From a virus (taxonomy: Duplodnaviria > Caudoviricetes): a stretch of 64,000 bases of DNA. The DNA lies in the IMG/VR virus record IMGVR_UViG_3300033559_000026, positions 4,399-68,398 of that record; one strand, given 5' to 3'. Position numbers and translations under genes: made by a program. This document shows, in pieces, positions 38,238 to 49,222 of the stretch. Numbering within the stretch: the stretch's first letter is position 1; each line of letters opens with the position of its first letter. A model generated the notes under the pieces. That model was not told where the DNA came from. It did not search any database and saw only the letters and a list, made by a program, of their open reading frames with translations.

Positions 38238-41200
38238 ATGACCGACTATACCCAGCAGCTCGAAGAAGAGAATGAGCGTCTGAAACAGAAGCTTGACGAA
38301 ACTGTTGCCAAGTATGATGATCTTTATAATAACAAAGATAATCTTAGAGAAAGAATACGAGAGATTGATATTGAGAAATACGCGCAGCCGATTGGGGTTC
38401 CTGCAAAATATGCTGGAATATCTCCGGAAGCTTTACAAGACTTCCAAAACATGCATGGAGTATTCTCTTATAAAACCATAGCCAAGTCACTTGGTATTGA
38501 TGAGGCTGAGATTGACAAGCTAATGAAAGAACACTTCAATGCAGAATGAATACACTCAGCAGCTTGAAGACACTATCGAATCGCTCCATAAGAAGCTTGA
38601 AGAAGTTTCATACTTCAAGCCGATGTGGTGTCAAGAGATTATTCCTGGGAGGGGAAATGGTAAGCAGTGGGTTCTCCAACTCCAGGGGAATCCGGTTAGT
38701 GAGATGTATAAAAAGAAAGTGTTGGGTTATAAAGGGGGAACACCTAAGCAGCGTTCACGGTGGGCTAATGCTACTATTGAAAAGGAAATTATATGTGTCG
38801 TGAAATTTACGGGTGATAATAGATGCGTTCCTTATATATTCGGAAAGGAACTTGAATGGCAGCCTGACTTTGATACTTGTAAGAAGTATGTCAACCGTAT
38901 TGTATTCGGGGTCGATACCATATGAACCAAGAAGAATACATCAAGCAGCTTGAAGAGACTAACCGACAGCTTACGGAGAAGCTGGAGAAGTCTGAGATAA
39001 ACCACGAGGTCTTCTTAGAAAGACCCGTGTATATCTATTGCTCTAAGAGTGAAACTGACCATGTTACACAAACACACTACGAAGTGTTTGACCATATATC
39101 GTTCAAGAACGAAAATGGCGATACGCGCACCACCGTCAGATATGTGACGAAGATGAAAGAAGTGGAGACGGTAAACGCTGAGATGGGCTTCAACCCCGTA
39201 AATTACGAGCATAAGGAGACATGGAATGAGAAGAAGCAAGAATGGGAGGGAAGACCTGAAATCGACCTTCATATAACCTCGCAGTTTGTTACCTCCACGT
39301 CGAGAAGCATGCCGATGAGCGTAAGGTGGACAACCAACTTCATGAATGACTTCGTAAATACCCAAGACCTGTCTGATGTTCTTGTGAATGGCGTTGCCGA
39401 AGACATGAACAAGGCTGCTGACGAATATACAGAAGAGATAGTGAAGTCTATTGTAAAGCCAAATCTGGATGAGTGTGGAAGACTGGTGAGGAAGCCTACC
39501 AAGAAGGAGGTTGCCAAATACACCAAGAAAGCGAAGAGCCGTGGAAGAAAATGATTACTGCGCCCGTGTAGAAGCTGAGAATACAGCGTTGCGAAATGAG
39601 TTGGAGAGACAATCCAAGAAGTGTGGCGAGGTTGAAAGACTTTATGCTGCTGAAAAGGGTGTCGGGGATTCATTGCGAAAGATGGTAGTGGATAGAGATG
39701 CTACCATAAACATCCTGCGTGACCGTCTAAGACGTGTGGAGGAAGATAATGCCCCATTCTGATTACATAAAACAGCTTGAATCTGATAACTGGCACTTCA
39801 AGTGCGAGGCAGAGCGGCTATCGGATCGTATTGAATGGCTTGAGAGTCTTCAGACAAGAAGAGCCAATACGAATTGGGCTGTGGTCAAGACATGGAAGCG
39901 TAAAATAAACAAAACCATATTCCACGAGGGAACCAACATCACCAGACTCAGCAAGGCTGAGAAGAAGTATCTGAGTGTAAATGAAATACTGGCAGTATGC
40001 TCAAACGACAAAATGAGTTATGCTCATATAGGTGACAAGTCTGATGTGCGAAATGCTATTACCGACCTGAATACGGATATACTGAAAACATATGGGCATG
40101 CCTATAGTGTTCTTCGTGAAAAAAAGGAATTCAAGAATATAGAATCCATTGCGTTTAGTGTTCACACCACAGTAGAAATGTATCTGGATGCGGTAGAACA
40201 TAATACAAGATTCTTCAAGGTTATCTTTGCACAGGTTCGGCTTGCCAAGAATAAAAAAGGTGTAATACAAACGAAGGTTCAGTGTACCGATAAGAAGTTT
40301 ATGGGAATCTATAATACACTAAAGTACCTTCCCGGTATGACTAAGAGCATGGAAGACAACAATGGAAGACTGGTATCATTGGATGCAATATGAAGATAAA
40401 GCAATACATTGTCTTACGCCACGGAATAAGCCCAGCCCTCGCCTGTATTGGTGTTGGGCATGGGGTTCTCGCAGCGTATCTCAAATGGAAGGATGAACAG
40501 ATTGTCAAGGATTGGGTTGGTGGTAACTTCGGACCATTTTATAAGGTTGTGTGTCAAGCCGAAAGTTACGCACAGTGGGAAGCCATAAAGAACTGGAAGG
40601 AAGAGAAGATTGTTATAACGGAGAGTAGCGTTGACAACATGGAAATAGCTGTTATATTCAAGCCAGTTATCCACTCAAAGTCACTCCTATTCAATGAGCT
40701 AAAACTATATGGCTGAATCTACTATAGACACCGAATACGTCAAGCAGCTTGAGGAAACCGTTGAGGTTCTAACTACTCATTTTGATAAAGATGTTCGATA
40801 CGGTCATTGGGTTGACAGGCATGTTGACAACGATAAGAAGAAGACTATTATTAGGTCTGACCTACGGGTGTTGGGTGTTGTGCTTGCCTATGTCGTTCAC
40901 AAAGACGGGCGTTGGATGGCATATCACCTTCACCGCATAGATACAAAGAAGTTCAGCGGGTATGAGTTCGGACGCCTCCACGGTAGGCGTGGGTACTATG
41001 AGAGTATTGACGAGGCGAAAACCACAGCGTTGAGAGCAATCCGATGAGCCAAGAAGACTACATCAAGCAGCTTGAACAAGAAGTCGAAGCTCTCAAGAAG
41101 AAGCTGGAAGAGAAGGCTATTGAGGAAGCTCCGCCAACCGACGTAAGAGGTATTCGCAATATCCATCAGATAAGCGAAGACATGTCGTTGGTTGTTACCA

Positions 41201-42219
41201 ATGTCGATAACAAGGTCATATGCAAGCTTGTCAAGGCGGATCGCAACAAGTATAACGGGCTTCTCATCATCAAGATGAAGATACAGGTTGGGTGGATATT
41301 CAAGAGTTGGGAATATAAAGAAATGCAAGGCTGGTTCGATGATTGGGTTGCATATCCAGTTACCTTGGGATCTGAATCCAGCGACAAGCGTGGTGGTCTT
41401 CTAAGTGATAAACAGATTAGATACGCTAACGGATACTTCCGTATGTTGGAAACTGTAGGTCTTATAGCAAGAAATGACAAGAAGGTTGGTATGCCATGAA
41501 CGACGAATACATCAAACAACTCGAAGAGACGAATGCCAAGCAGGCAGCTATTATAGAAAACTTGAGGAATGTCAATGATGAGCTTGTGGAAACACATAAT
41601 AAGCTTGTCAAGGAGTATAACGAAGTAGCTGGCATGATGAACGCGTGTGGCGTCAAGCAGACAACCGGTGAAGGTGGTGAAAGAACTGGATGGGCGCTCA
41701 CTATGCAGATAGGTGGTATACCGGATCCCCACACCCCGTTGAAAGAGAAGGGTATAGATACGAACATTGTCATCGCACCTGTCAAGCAGGATGGTGACAA
41801 GGTTGTATGGGGTGCTGTCAGTGGCAAATAAAGAATATACCAAGCAGCTTGAGGATTCTCATGAAGCCCTCCAGAAGAAGCTTGAGGATACTCAGGCGAA
41901 GCTTCAGGAGATGGCTCTGAGCCACCTGCACATGCGTAGGATTATTGACCTCATGCGTAAGTCTTATATAGACATGAAGACTGAGACAGACGATTACCGT
42001 TACTGGACCAAGGCTGCCATGGTTGACACGCTCATGGGATTGGATAGGAATGCTACTAAAAACTTGGGCAGTGTGCCAGCAGAACATAACGACAAATACC
42101 AAGAAGAATACGATAAACACCAAAAAGGATACCAAAAAGAGTTTGGAATGACTCTTGACGATAATATGAAGTTCATAAGGGAATGTTTTACCGTTCCAGA
42201 GTATAACTCAATATTATAA
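38238..42219 (+). CDS. YxKQLEE N-terminal family, block 2 (38238, 38539, 38922, 39541, 39749, 40709, 41044, 41496, 41821)
   Basis: Shared N-terminal motif; translationally coupled. Confidence 0.8.
40390..40716 (+). CDS. Peptidyl-tRNA hydrolase PTH2-like protein
   Basis: QYIVLR...GHGVLAAYL..W..GPF.KVVC..VITES...IAVIFKP. Confidence 0.6.
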   Translation: MKIKQYIVLRHGISPALACIGVGHGVLAAYLKWKDEQIVKDWVGGNFGPFYKVVCQAESYAQWEAIKNWKEEKIVITESSVDNMEIAVIFKPVIHSKSLLFNELKLYG

Positions 42220-42244
42220 ATATAGACATTGAAGGAGAACTCCA

Positions 42245-43213
42245 ATGTCATCGGAAATACGAAATAGAATACTCGAATCACTCGGCATGATAAACGAGAG
42301 CGTTTACGATAAGCTCAAGTTCAAGGCTGTGTTCATGGCTGGTGGTCCTGGCTCTGGCAAGTCGTTTGTCATTGAGAAGGCATTCCCCGACGCAGCCCTT
42401 GGAACCGATGAGGGTGGTAACGAGATGTACCAAGGTGGTGGTAAGTGGAAGGTAGTTAATTCCGACCATATGTTTGTTCGTGGATTGGTTCAGGCATACC
42501 TTCCACTCAAGGTAGCTCAGAAGGATGACCCTGTTACATTTGGCATGCAGCAGAATGTTCGCAATGTTGGCAAGGGGCTTCAGAAGCTACGCAACCTCAA
42601 CTGGCTCAACGGTATGCTTCCTGTCATTCTTGATGGAACCTGTAAGCATGCGGGATCCACTCTCAAGGTCAAGCAGATGCTTGAAGAGCTTGGATATGAC
42701 ACCTACATGATATTCGTTGATACTGATGTTGAAACTGCTGTTCAGAGAAACGCAACCAGAACTCGAAGCGTTCCAGAGGATCTGGTTCGCAAGGTCAATG
42801 CGGAAGTAAAGGCAAACAAAGATACGTTTGCACAGGCATTTGGAGAGAACTTCTTCTACGCCAACAACTCGCAGGATTGGAGAGCCAAGGATGCCGCTGG
42901 AAAGGCTGTCAAGAAGGCTGGAACTGACATAACAGGAAAGCCAACCTCTGAAGTTCAGTTGGCACCCGAAGGTCAGGCATTCGTTGCTGGATTGCAGAAG
43001 TTTGGTCGTAAGGTAGAGAATCCAAAGATAATGAATCCAAAGGGTCAAGAGATTGTAAAGACTCTTGAAGCCAAGGGTGGAGCATATTTGGCAGACTACT
43101 ACGCTCCTGGCGAGCAACAGGGCAAGTCTGGAAGTTCTTCAGACACCATCAGTAGTAAGATTGGTCATGATGTAAAGACACCACAGGGAAGTAAGAAGGG
43201 CGTTGATCTATGA
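42245..43213 (+). CDS. P-loop kinase, zeta-toxin/AAA_33-like
   Basis: KAVFMAGGPGSGKS, VNSD, ILDGT, AVQRNATR.RSVP; late promoter. Confidence 0.8.
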   Translation: MSSEIRNRILESLGMINESVYDKLKFKAVFMAGGPGSGKSFVIEKAFPDAALGTDEGGNEMYQGGGKWKVVNSDHMFVRGLVQAYLPLKVAQKDDPVTFGMQQNVRNVGKGLQKLRNLNWLNGMLPVILDGTCKHAGSTLKVKQMLEELGYDTYMIFVDTDVETAVQRNATRTRSVPEDLVRKVNAEVKANKDTFAQAFGENFFYANNSQDWRAKDAAGKAVKKAGTDITGKPTSEVQLAPEGQAFVAGLQKFGRKVENPKIMNPKGQEIVKTLEAKGGAYLADYYAPGEQQGKSGSSSDTISSKIGHDVKTPQGSKKGVDL

Positions 43214-43653
43214 AGTGGCTCAAAGACAGACTGCTTGAGAAGGCTTGGAGTTCTATCATAGAACGTGAAGGTGAGCCTGGAGTTATTGGTCAGGTTCCAT
43301 TGACCATCAATGTCGTTATTGAGAAGTCGAGACACGCTGCTGAACGCCAGTTCCGCCATGTGTCGGGTGATGAGAAGGGTGGAAGCGATATTACCGGGCA
43401 GGTAGTAGACGATGAAGCTATCATGCGTATTGCCAACAAAGCCATACCAAAGCTCATTGCCATGATTCTCGGCAATCAGCTTGACGCTGGTCAGGAGTTG
43501 GTCATCAAGAGACGCCAACCACCAGCACCAACCATAAATATGGTGTGCGCTCTGGAAAGAACTGGAACCAGCAGCCTAAACCTCAAAGTCATAACTGTTA
43601 TGGTGAAGGATAACTTCTTCGCCAAGCCAGGAACCAAAGAAATAACTCTGTAA
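43210..43653 (+). CDS. Hypothetical protein
   Basis: Coupled ORF. Confidence 0.7.
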   Translation: MKWLKDRLLEKAWSSIIEREGEPGVIGQVPLTINVVIEKSRHAAERQFRHVSGDEKGGSDITGQVVDDEAIMRIANKAIPKLIAMILGNQLDAGQELVIKRRQPPAPTINMVCALERTGTSSLNLKVITVMVKDNFFAKPGTKEITL

Positions 43654-43665
43654 GGATAAAGTATC

Positions 43666-43944
43666 ATGGATAAGACCTTAGACAGACTCAAGGTATTATA
43701 TACAAGACTTTGCGAGGATGCTCTACCCGGTGGAGAGGCTGACTCAAAGAGTGTCGCTGATATAGCAAAGCACCATAAGGTTCCTGTTGAGGAAATCCAG
43801 AAGCAGTATGATATTGGTATCAAGGTTGAGATGGAGCATACTGACGATAAAGATATAGCACATAACATAACATGTGACCATATCTATGAAATCAAAGACT
43901 ATTACACCAAACTAAACAAGATGGAGAAGGAAGTTGAGTCATGA
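43666..43944 (+). CDS. Conserved phage protein (DUF5661-like)
   Basis: GIKVEMEHTDD..IA..I..DH.YE..DYYTKL..ME. Confidence 0.65.
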   Translation: MDKTLDRLKVLYTRLCEDALPGGEADSKSVADIAKHHKVPVEEIQKQYDIGIKVEMEHTDDKDIAHNITCDHIYEIKDYYTKLNKMEKEVES

Positions 43945-44555
43945 AGGTGTGTTCAAGATGCAAAAATAATCTTCCAGACGAATGTTATCATAAAAGTAAA
44001 TCTACTTCGTTTGGACTCCAATCAAGATGTAAGGAGTGTCGCAAGGAAACAATAAATGTGGATAAAGATATATTACGCAAAAAGAAGTGGTTAGAAAATA
44101 ATCAAGAGAGAAGAAGAGAAGTTGCCAGAAATTACTATCATAACCATAAAGAAGAGGTAAAAATTAGGAATTCAACTTCAGAGAGAGTAAAGAAGAGAAA
44201 AGATAGAATAAACAAGAGAATAAAAGAAGATGTTGATTTTAGGTTATTAAAATGTCTACGCAGTAGAATACAGAGAGCTATAAAAAACAATCGCAAGCGC
44301 AGTAGAACTGTGGAATTGATAGGATGTAGTGTACCAGCGTGTAGAAAATATCTGGAATCTTTATTTAAAGAAGGTATGTCTTGGGAAAACTATGGTAAAG
44401 AATGGCATATTGATCATATAAAACCATGCGTATTATTTGATATGACTAAAGAATCTGAACAAAAAGAATGCTTCAACTTTAAAAATCTTCAGCCTCTATG
44501 GGCTGAAGATAATTTAACAAAGAGTGATAAGTGGGAGGGAAGTGATGAAGTTTAA
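43941..44555 (+). CDS. HNH homing endonuclease
   Basis: CSRC..CKEC; WHIDHIKPC..F......CFN..NLQPLWAEDNLTK; AT-rich; no leader element. Confidence 0.8.
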   Translation: MKVCSRCKNNLPDECYHKSKSTSFGLQSRCKECRKETINVDKDILRKKKWLENNQERRREVARNYYHNHKEEVKIRNSTSERVKKRKDRINKRIKEDVDFRLLKCLRSRIQRAIKNNRKRSRTVELIGCSVPACRKYLESLFKEGMSWENYGKEWHIDHIKPCVLFDMTKESEQKECFNFKNLQPLWAEDNLTKSDKWEGSDEV

Positions 44556-45675
44556 GTCGTTCTTCGAATCATTTAGAGAAAACGCGTATGTTATGGATTT
44601 GGACGATACTTTGTTCACTTCCGATGCTAAAGTTGTTGTTTACAAGGCGGAAGGGGAAGCTATTGAGTTGACACCTTCTCAATTCAACACTTATCAAAAA
44701 CATCCAGATGATAAGATGGACTTCTCTCAGTTTGAAGATCCAGAGTTATTCCTGAGAACAGCAAAACCAACCAAATATTTAAAAGTAGCTCAAAATATAT
44801 CCAAAGCAGCAAGAAGTGGATCCAGCAACGCAAAACTCTACATTCTAACTGCAAGAAACTCTTCCATAAAAAACGCTATTACACAAAAACTCTCAAGTTT
44901 AGGTGTGATGATTGACGGGTTCTTCTCGTCGGGTGATACTGACGCTCCAACTATAGCTGAAGGTAAGAAACAGATACTTGAAAAGATTCGTTCTATGCAT
45001 AAGGGACGAATAACTTTTTTCGATGACGATGAGAAGAACATAGCCCTCGCCAAACAGATTCCGGGGATTCATGTTCGCATGGTGTCTCGTGAAAGTATTG
45101 ATAGATTGGCTGAGTCGTGGGATGATGAAGAGTCTGGTGGAGATAGAGACTCGCTATTCATGAACCATATCAGCGGAGTTAGAGAAGCTGCCCGTAGAAT
45201 GGGAATAGATGCTGACTCCGTTAGACTCATCAACACCCGCCAGAACATCAAGTCAGCCAAAGAAATCATAGATGTATCGGGTGGTAAGTATCAATGGTAT
45301 GCTATTGGATTGTCGTGGATAGAGTGGATGCAGAGTGAGATGCCTCAATGGCTGTCTCCTTTTACATATGCCATTGAGATAGATAAGCCACTTATGATAA
45401 CACCTAAGAACATCGCAGCATTCCAGAAGAAGTATATTGTTAATCCGGAACAAGTGAAGGATAAGGCAATCAACTGGAAGAAGCTCTATACTGATAAGGT
45501 TGGAGCTATTGAGTTCAATCCATACGATAAGAGTAGTGTTGACTTAGGCTCTTCATTTTGGTATTATTCTATTGACGTTGACAGTGGAGCAATCGTCAAC
45601 AAGAGCAGCGTGAAGAAGATAGTCAAGTTATACGACGGAACAGATGACTTCAGAGACATGGGGATAAAGATATGA
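44545..45675 (+). CDS. HAD-like N-terminal domain plus unknown C-terminal domain
   Basis: MKFKSFFES; VMDLDDTLF, ILTAR, FFDDDEKNI. Confidence 0.65.
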   Translation: MKFKSFFESFRENAYVMDLDDTLFTSDAKVVVYKAEGEAIELTPSQFNTYQKHPDDKMDFSQFEDPELFLRTAKPTKYLKVAQNISKAARSGSSNAKLYILTARNSSIKNAITQKLSSLGVMIDGFFSSGDTDAPTIAEGKKQILEKIRSMHKGRITFFDDDEKNIALAKQIPGIHVRMVSRESIDRLAESWDDEESGGDRDSLFMNHISGVREAARRMGIDADSVRLINTRQNIKSAKEIIDVSGGKYQWYAIGLSWIEWMQSEMPQWLSPFTYAIEIDKPLMITPKNIAAFQKKYIVNPEQVKDKAINWKKLYTDKVGAIEFNPYDKSSVDLGSSFWYYSIDVDSGAIVNKSSVKKIVKLYDGTDDFRDMGIKI

Positions 45676-46244
45676 TAAGGGATGAAACATATAAGATACT
45701 TCGAGAAAAGTGGCAAAGACTTCAATGTACGAAGAGTAATATAATCCTTGAAAAGAAAGGCGACGCGTCTTTTTGTTATATGTTATATATTGATGTAAAA
45801 GACGAAGAAAAATTCATTCAGATGCAGAAAGATTTGCAACTCGGCGGTGAACTTATTGAATCTGGAAAGTTTCATGCTACAGTTAGATATATAAAAAACT
45901 TTACCGACTACCAGCCATTGGTTAGTTACTTAAAGGAAATAGATTTGCCGATTATAGAAGGAAAGACTAATGGATTTGGAATATACGGAAAGGAAAATGA
46001 TACTTTAGTTGTAGAACTGGAAGGAAAAGATTTACATGAATGGTTTGAAAAAATAGACAATTGGCTTGTTGATAATGGATACCCAAAATCGGAGTATCCT
46101 ACATACAAGCCACATATTTCGCTTACCGAACAAAAAGGAATAGAAAAACCAAAGTGGAAAAAAGAATACGAATTTAAAGTAAAGTTCTCACTTCATGTCA
46201 TCAGTGATAGCAATTATGAAGAAGTTTATAGAGAAAAAATCTAA
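45672..46244 (+). CDS. 2H phosphoesterase, T4 gp57B/Acb1-like
   Basis: KFHATVRY, TLVVEL, YKPHISL. Confidence 0.65.
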   Translation: MIRDETYKILREKWQRLQCTKSNIILEKKGDASFCYMLYIDVKDEEKFIQMQKDLQLGGELIESGKFHATVRYIKNFTDYQPLVSYLKEIDLPIIEGKTNGFGIYGKENDTLVVELEGKDLHEWFEKIDNWLVDNGYPKSEYPTYKPHISLTEQKGIEKPKWKKEYEFKVKFSLHVISDSNYEEVYREKI

Positions 46245-46265
46245 GTAAGGAAACGGAGATAATAT

Positions 46266-46625
46266 ATGAAAAACGACAAGACATACAAGAAACTCGAAGA
46301 GAACTGGAAGAAGCTGGAGGAAGGTATGATGCCCCCGATGTTTGCATTCAACGCAGGCGCACAACTAGCCGCATCAAATGCCGGTAGACAACTTGCAGAC
46401 ATAGAGAATGAACGCTTGAATGGTCCGGCTTTAACTCCTGAAGTAGTATCACATGGTATTAGTAGATTTGTAAAGGTGTATGGTAGAAACCCACAACCGA
46501 ATAGAGAAGATGCGGATAATGTTGGAATTTTTATAAATGAGGTTCGTCCTAATAATGCTTTGTTTGGAAATAAAAGAATAGAGTTGGGAATGAATGCTAT
46601 AAAGATGAGTCAGGGGAACGTATAA
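46266..46625 (+). CDS. Hypothetical protein
   Basis: ORF with RBS. Confidence 0.65.
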   Translation: MKNDKTYKKLEENWKKLEEGMMPPMFAFNAGAQLAASNAGRQLADIENERLNGPALTPEVVSHGISRFVKVYGRNPQPNREDADNVGIFINEVRPNNALFGNKRIELGMNAIKMSQGNV

Positions 46626-46626
46626 T

Positions 46627-48093
46627 ATGACATGGTGGCAGGAACCTATTGATTCCGTATTAGCTGCTGGCTTCGACTATGATGGTCAAGCCAACATAGG
46701 TGGAGCGTATGATAAGCACTTCTTCAAGTCGAAGAAGAATGGTCATAGATACCTATGGAAGTCTGGTCAGCGCAAGATGGGGCTTCTCTCCAAGACTGGA
46801 AAGCCAAGAGCAGCTACATCAGCAGACAAGGCATTCACAGCACCAAACGCTGAAGACTTCGGCACTAAGATAGCATCCAAGGTTCTCAACCAGGGTGAAT
46901 ACATTCCAATGGCTAAGATGCCATTTCCGTTTGACATTGACGGGGTTGAGAAGGGAACGCTTGGAGTAGTTATGCCGTTCCTTGCTGACGCAAAGCCAAA
47001 TACATTTGGTTATGATGAGAAAGATGACTGGACCGCTTCGTTATCACCTGAAGATGTGAAGACCATACAGCGTCTTCATGTGGTTGATTACCTTGTATCG
47101 AACCTCGACTCACACAAAGAGACAACCATTCGTGTAGGTGGGAAGCTTATCGGTATAGACCGTGGGCAGTCGCTACGTTACATGTCAAAGGTTCTCAGAG
47201 CAACAAAGCCAGGAATGGCTGAAGATGAGCTTGATAGAGTTGAGACACCTATTGGTGCCAAGTCTGTTTATGCTGAGTTCTTCAAGGCTGCCAGAGATGG
47301 CAAGATACAGGTCAGTCGTGAAGCGGTTGAAGACATCATACAGAGAGCGGAAGCCATGTCTGATGAAGAGTTCAAGGATGCCATGTCTGGATACATTGAA
47401 GCGTTCCGTGACAAGTATCTCATAGCCATGAAGTCTGCTGAGAAGGGTAAGCCAGGAAACAAGACCTACTGGAAGGGCTTGACCTCAAACGAGATTCAGG
47501 ATGATATAGAAGGAATAATCGGTGGGATGTTGAAGCGTAAGAATAACCTACGTTCCGCTGTTGATAGCTTCTATAAGAAGTTGAGCAAGAAGAAAGAAGA
47601 ATCTGTTCACGGAATAGATGAAGGCTCACGAGAAGTTGGAATAACAGCAAACGCTATGCGTCAAGAAACTGAAGATGTTGTTGACTCGCTTCTCTCTGAT
47701 GTAATCAGTTATGTCGGCTCAGACGATAGGATATTCCACGACAGTAGTGACGCTGTTGATGCTTCGTCCGCTGCTCTTGCAGGCAAGAATCCGTCGAAGG
47801 CATTCTACTACAAGGTTCTGTCAAGAGCCATGGATAACGATGATATCAGCGAAGAAGGAATACTCAAGACAGCGCAGAAATACGCATCCAACCTCAAGGG
47901 TGTTGTTGATGACCGAATCGGTGAAGTGCTGAGTAAAGAAGACATGGAAGCTCTTCAGCAGACTAACACCGAAGAACTATTACAATGGATAGGTCATGCG
48001 TTTGAGAAGCAAGACCTCGTTCTCGTCATCATAGTTATGGCTGCGCTTGGTATCAAGAAAAAGATGAATAAGGTCTTTGTGAATGACTCATAA
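46627..48093 (+). CDS. PI3/4K/HipA-like kinase-fold protein
   Basis: DYLVSNLDSH...LIGIDRGQSL. Confidence 0.55.
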   Translation: MTWWQEPIDSVLAAGFDYDGQANIGGAYDKHFFKSKKNGHRYLWKSGQRKMGLLSKTGKPRAATSADKAFTAPNAEDFGTKIASKVLNQGEYIPMAKMPFPFDIDGVEKGTLGVVMPFLADAKPNTFGYDEKDDWTASLSPEDVKTIQRLHVVDYLVSNLDSHKETTIRVGGKLIGIDRGQSLRYMSKVLRATKPGMAEDELDRVETPIGAKSVYAEFFKAARDGKIQVSREAVEDIIQRAEAMSDEEFKDAMSGYIEAFRDKYLIAMKSAEKGKPGNKTYWKGLTSNEIQDDIEGIIGGMLKRKNNLRSAVDSFYKKLSKKKEESVHGIDEGSREVGITANAMRQETEDVVDSLLSDVISYVGSDDRIFHDSSDAVDASSAALAGKNPSKAFYYKVLSRAMDNDDISEEGILKTAQKYASNLKGVVDDRIGEVLSKEDMEALQQTNTEELLQWIGHAFEKQDLVLVIIVMAALGIKKKMNKVFVNDS

Positions 48094-48703
48094 ACCTATG
48101 AAAATAGCGGTGTTTACCACATATACTGAAGATTATCGAGAAATTGCTAATATATCCGTTCCGCAGATTAAAAAATACTGCGAAATTAACGGTTACGATT
48201 TTCATTTATACGAAGGTATGGTCGATGATAATAGATTGAAATCTCTTCCGACTACACAGGATCATGCAGCATGGCAGCGCATAGTATTACTTGAGAAACT
48301 TTGCCATTATGATTACATTTTTTATACTGATGTTGATGTAATTATAATGAATAATATTAAATTAGAGTCTTTCATAGATGAGAGTGATATTTATGTTATG
48401 GGTAAATTGGGCAGATTTAACTCAGGAGCGTGGTTGGTAAAAGGTAATACATGTTGTGACTTGATAGACAAATCATTTCAAAGGGGTAAAAAACCCGGAG
48501 ATTGCTGGGAACAGGATGCTTTTAATTTCGCCGTCAAATCTTCCAAAATAAAACTTAAATCATGTTGGATTCAAATGTTTATTAATCATTATAAAAATAA
48601 TAAAGATAAATGTTTTATATTACATTTTCCTTGGGGAACATTTAATGATTTTAGTCTCAAAGTAGATGCCATGAATCATTATCTGAAGGAGTCAAATTTT
48701 TAA
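48083..48703 (+). CDS. Glycosyltransferase (GT34/MNN10-like)
   Basis: W.RI, YTDVD (DxD), FNSG, WEQDA; AT-rich. Confidence 0.7.
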   Translation: MTHKPMKIAVFTTYTEDYREIANISVPQIKKYCEINGYDFHLYEGMVDDNRLKSLPTTQDHAAWQRIVLLEKLCHYDYIFYTDVDVIIMNNIKLESFIDESDIYVMGKLGRFNSGAWLVKGNTCCDLIDKSFQRGKKPGDCWEQDAFNFAVKSSKIKLKSCWIQMFINHYKNNKDKCFILHFPWGTFNDFSLKVDAMNHYLKESNF

Positions 48704-48782
48704 CTATTTGTCTAAAGAAGAAAGATAAATACATTATGTTAATGTAATAGTGAGTTCTTAGACAATTAGAAGGAGAGTTGAC

Positions 48783-49178
48783 ATGGCAAATAGCTATGAA
48801 CGAGAACTTGAGTTCGTCAACGAAACCCTAAAGGAAAAGCTGGAGGAAAAAGAAGCCTTATTAGCCGATATAGATGCCTACTACAAAGAAAGAGAAATAC
48901 GATTCAAGAATGTGTTGTTTGAGTCTCTTCAGCATCTATACTCTTTGTCAAGTGGTATTCATCGCATGCAGCTTGAAACGACAGCCATGCATAATGAAAA
49001 CTCAAAGTATAGAAAGAATCCAAAGCTGATGGAAGAAGAAACGAGCAAGATTGGTGTTCGTTATATAAAGAACTTCCTCCAGTATGCAAAGGAAAATGGA
49101 GTCGAGAAGAACGACCCCATCGTTGTCAAAGAACTTGAGACGATGATAAAAAAGATATGTACTGAAGACGCTGATTGA
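48783..49178 (+). CDS. YxKQLEE-family outlier (MANSYERELEFVNETLKEKLEE)
   Basis: N-terminal motif match. Confidence 0.7.
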   Translation: MANSYERELEFVNETLKEKLEEKEALLADIDAYYKEREIRFKNVLFESLQHLYSLSSGIHRMQLETTAMHNENSKYRKNPKLMEEETSKIGVRYIKNFLQYAKENGVEKNDPIVVKELETMIKKICTEDAD

Positions 49179-49222
49179 TTAGTATAGCCCATCGGGTAGA
49201 ATCTTGAAAAGGAGACTCCCCA

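Noticed and set aside
32651-42219. Diversity-generating retroelement or integron cassette array explaining the shared N-termini
   Set aside because: No reverse transcriptase, template/variable repeat pair, integrase or attC-like sites seen; genes are tightly overlapping.
43941-44555. Seventh copy of the structured leader before this HNH gene
   Set aside because: The gene overlaps the upstream stop codon and none of the element's segments are present.
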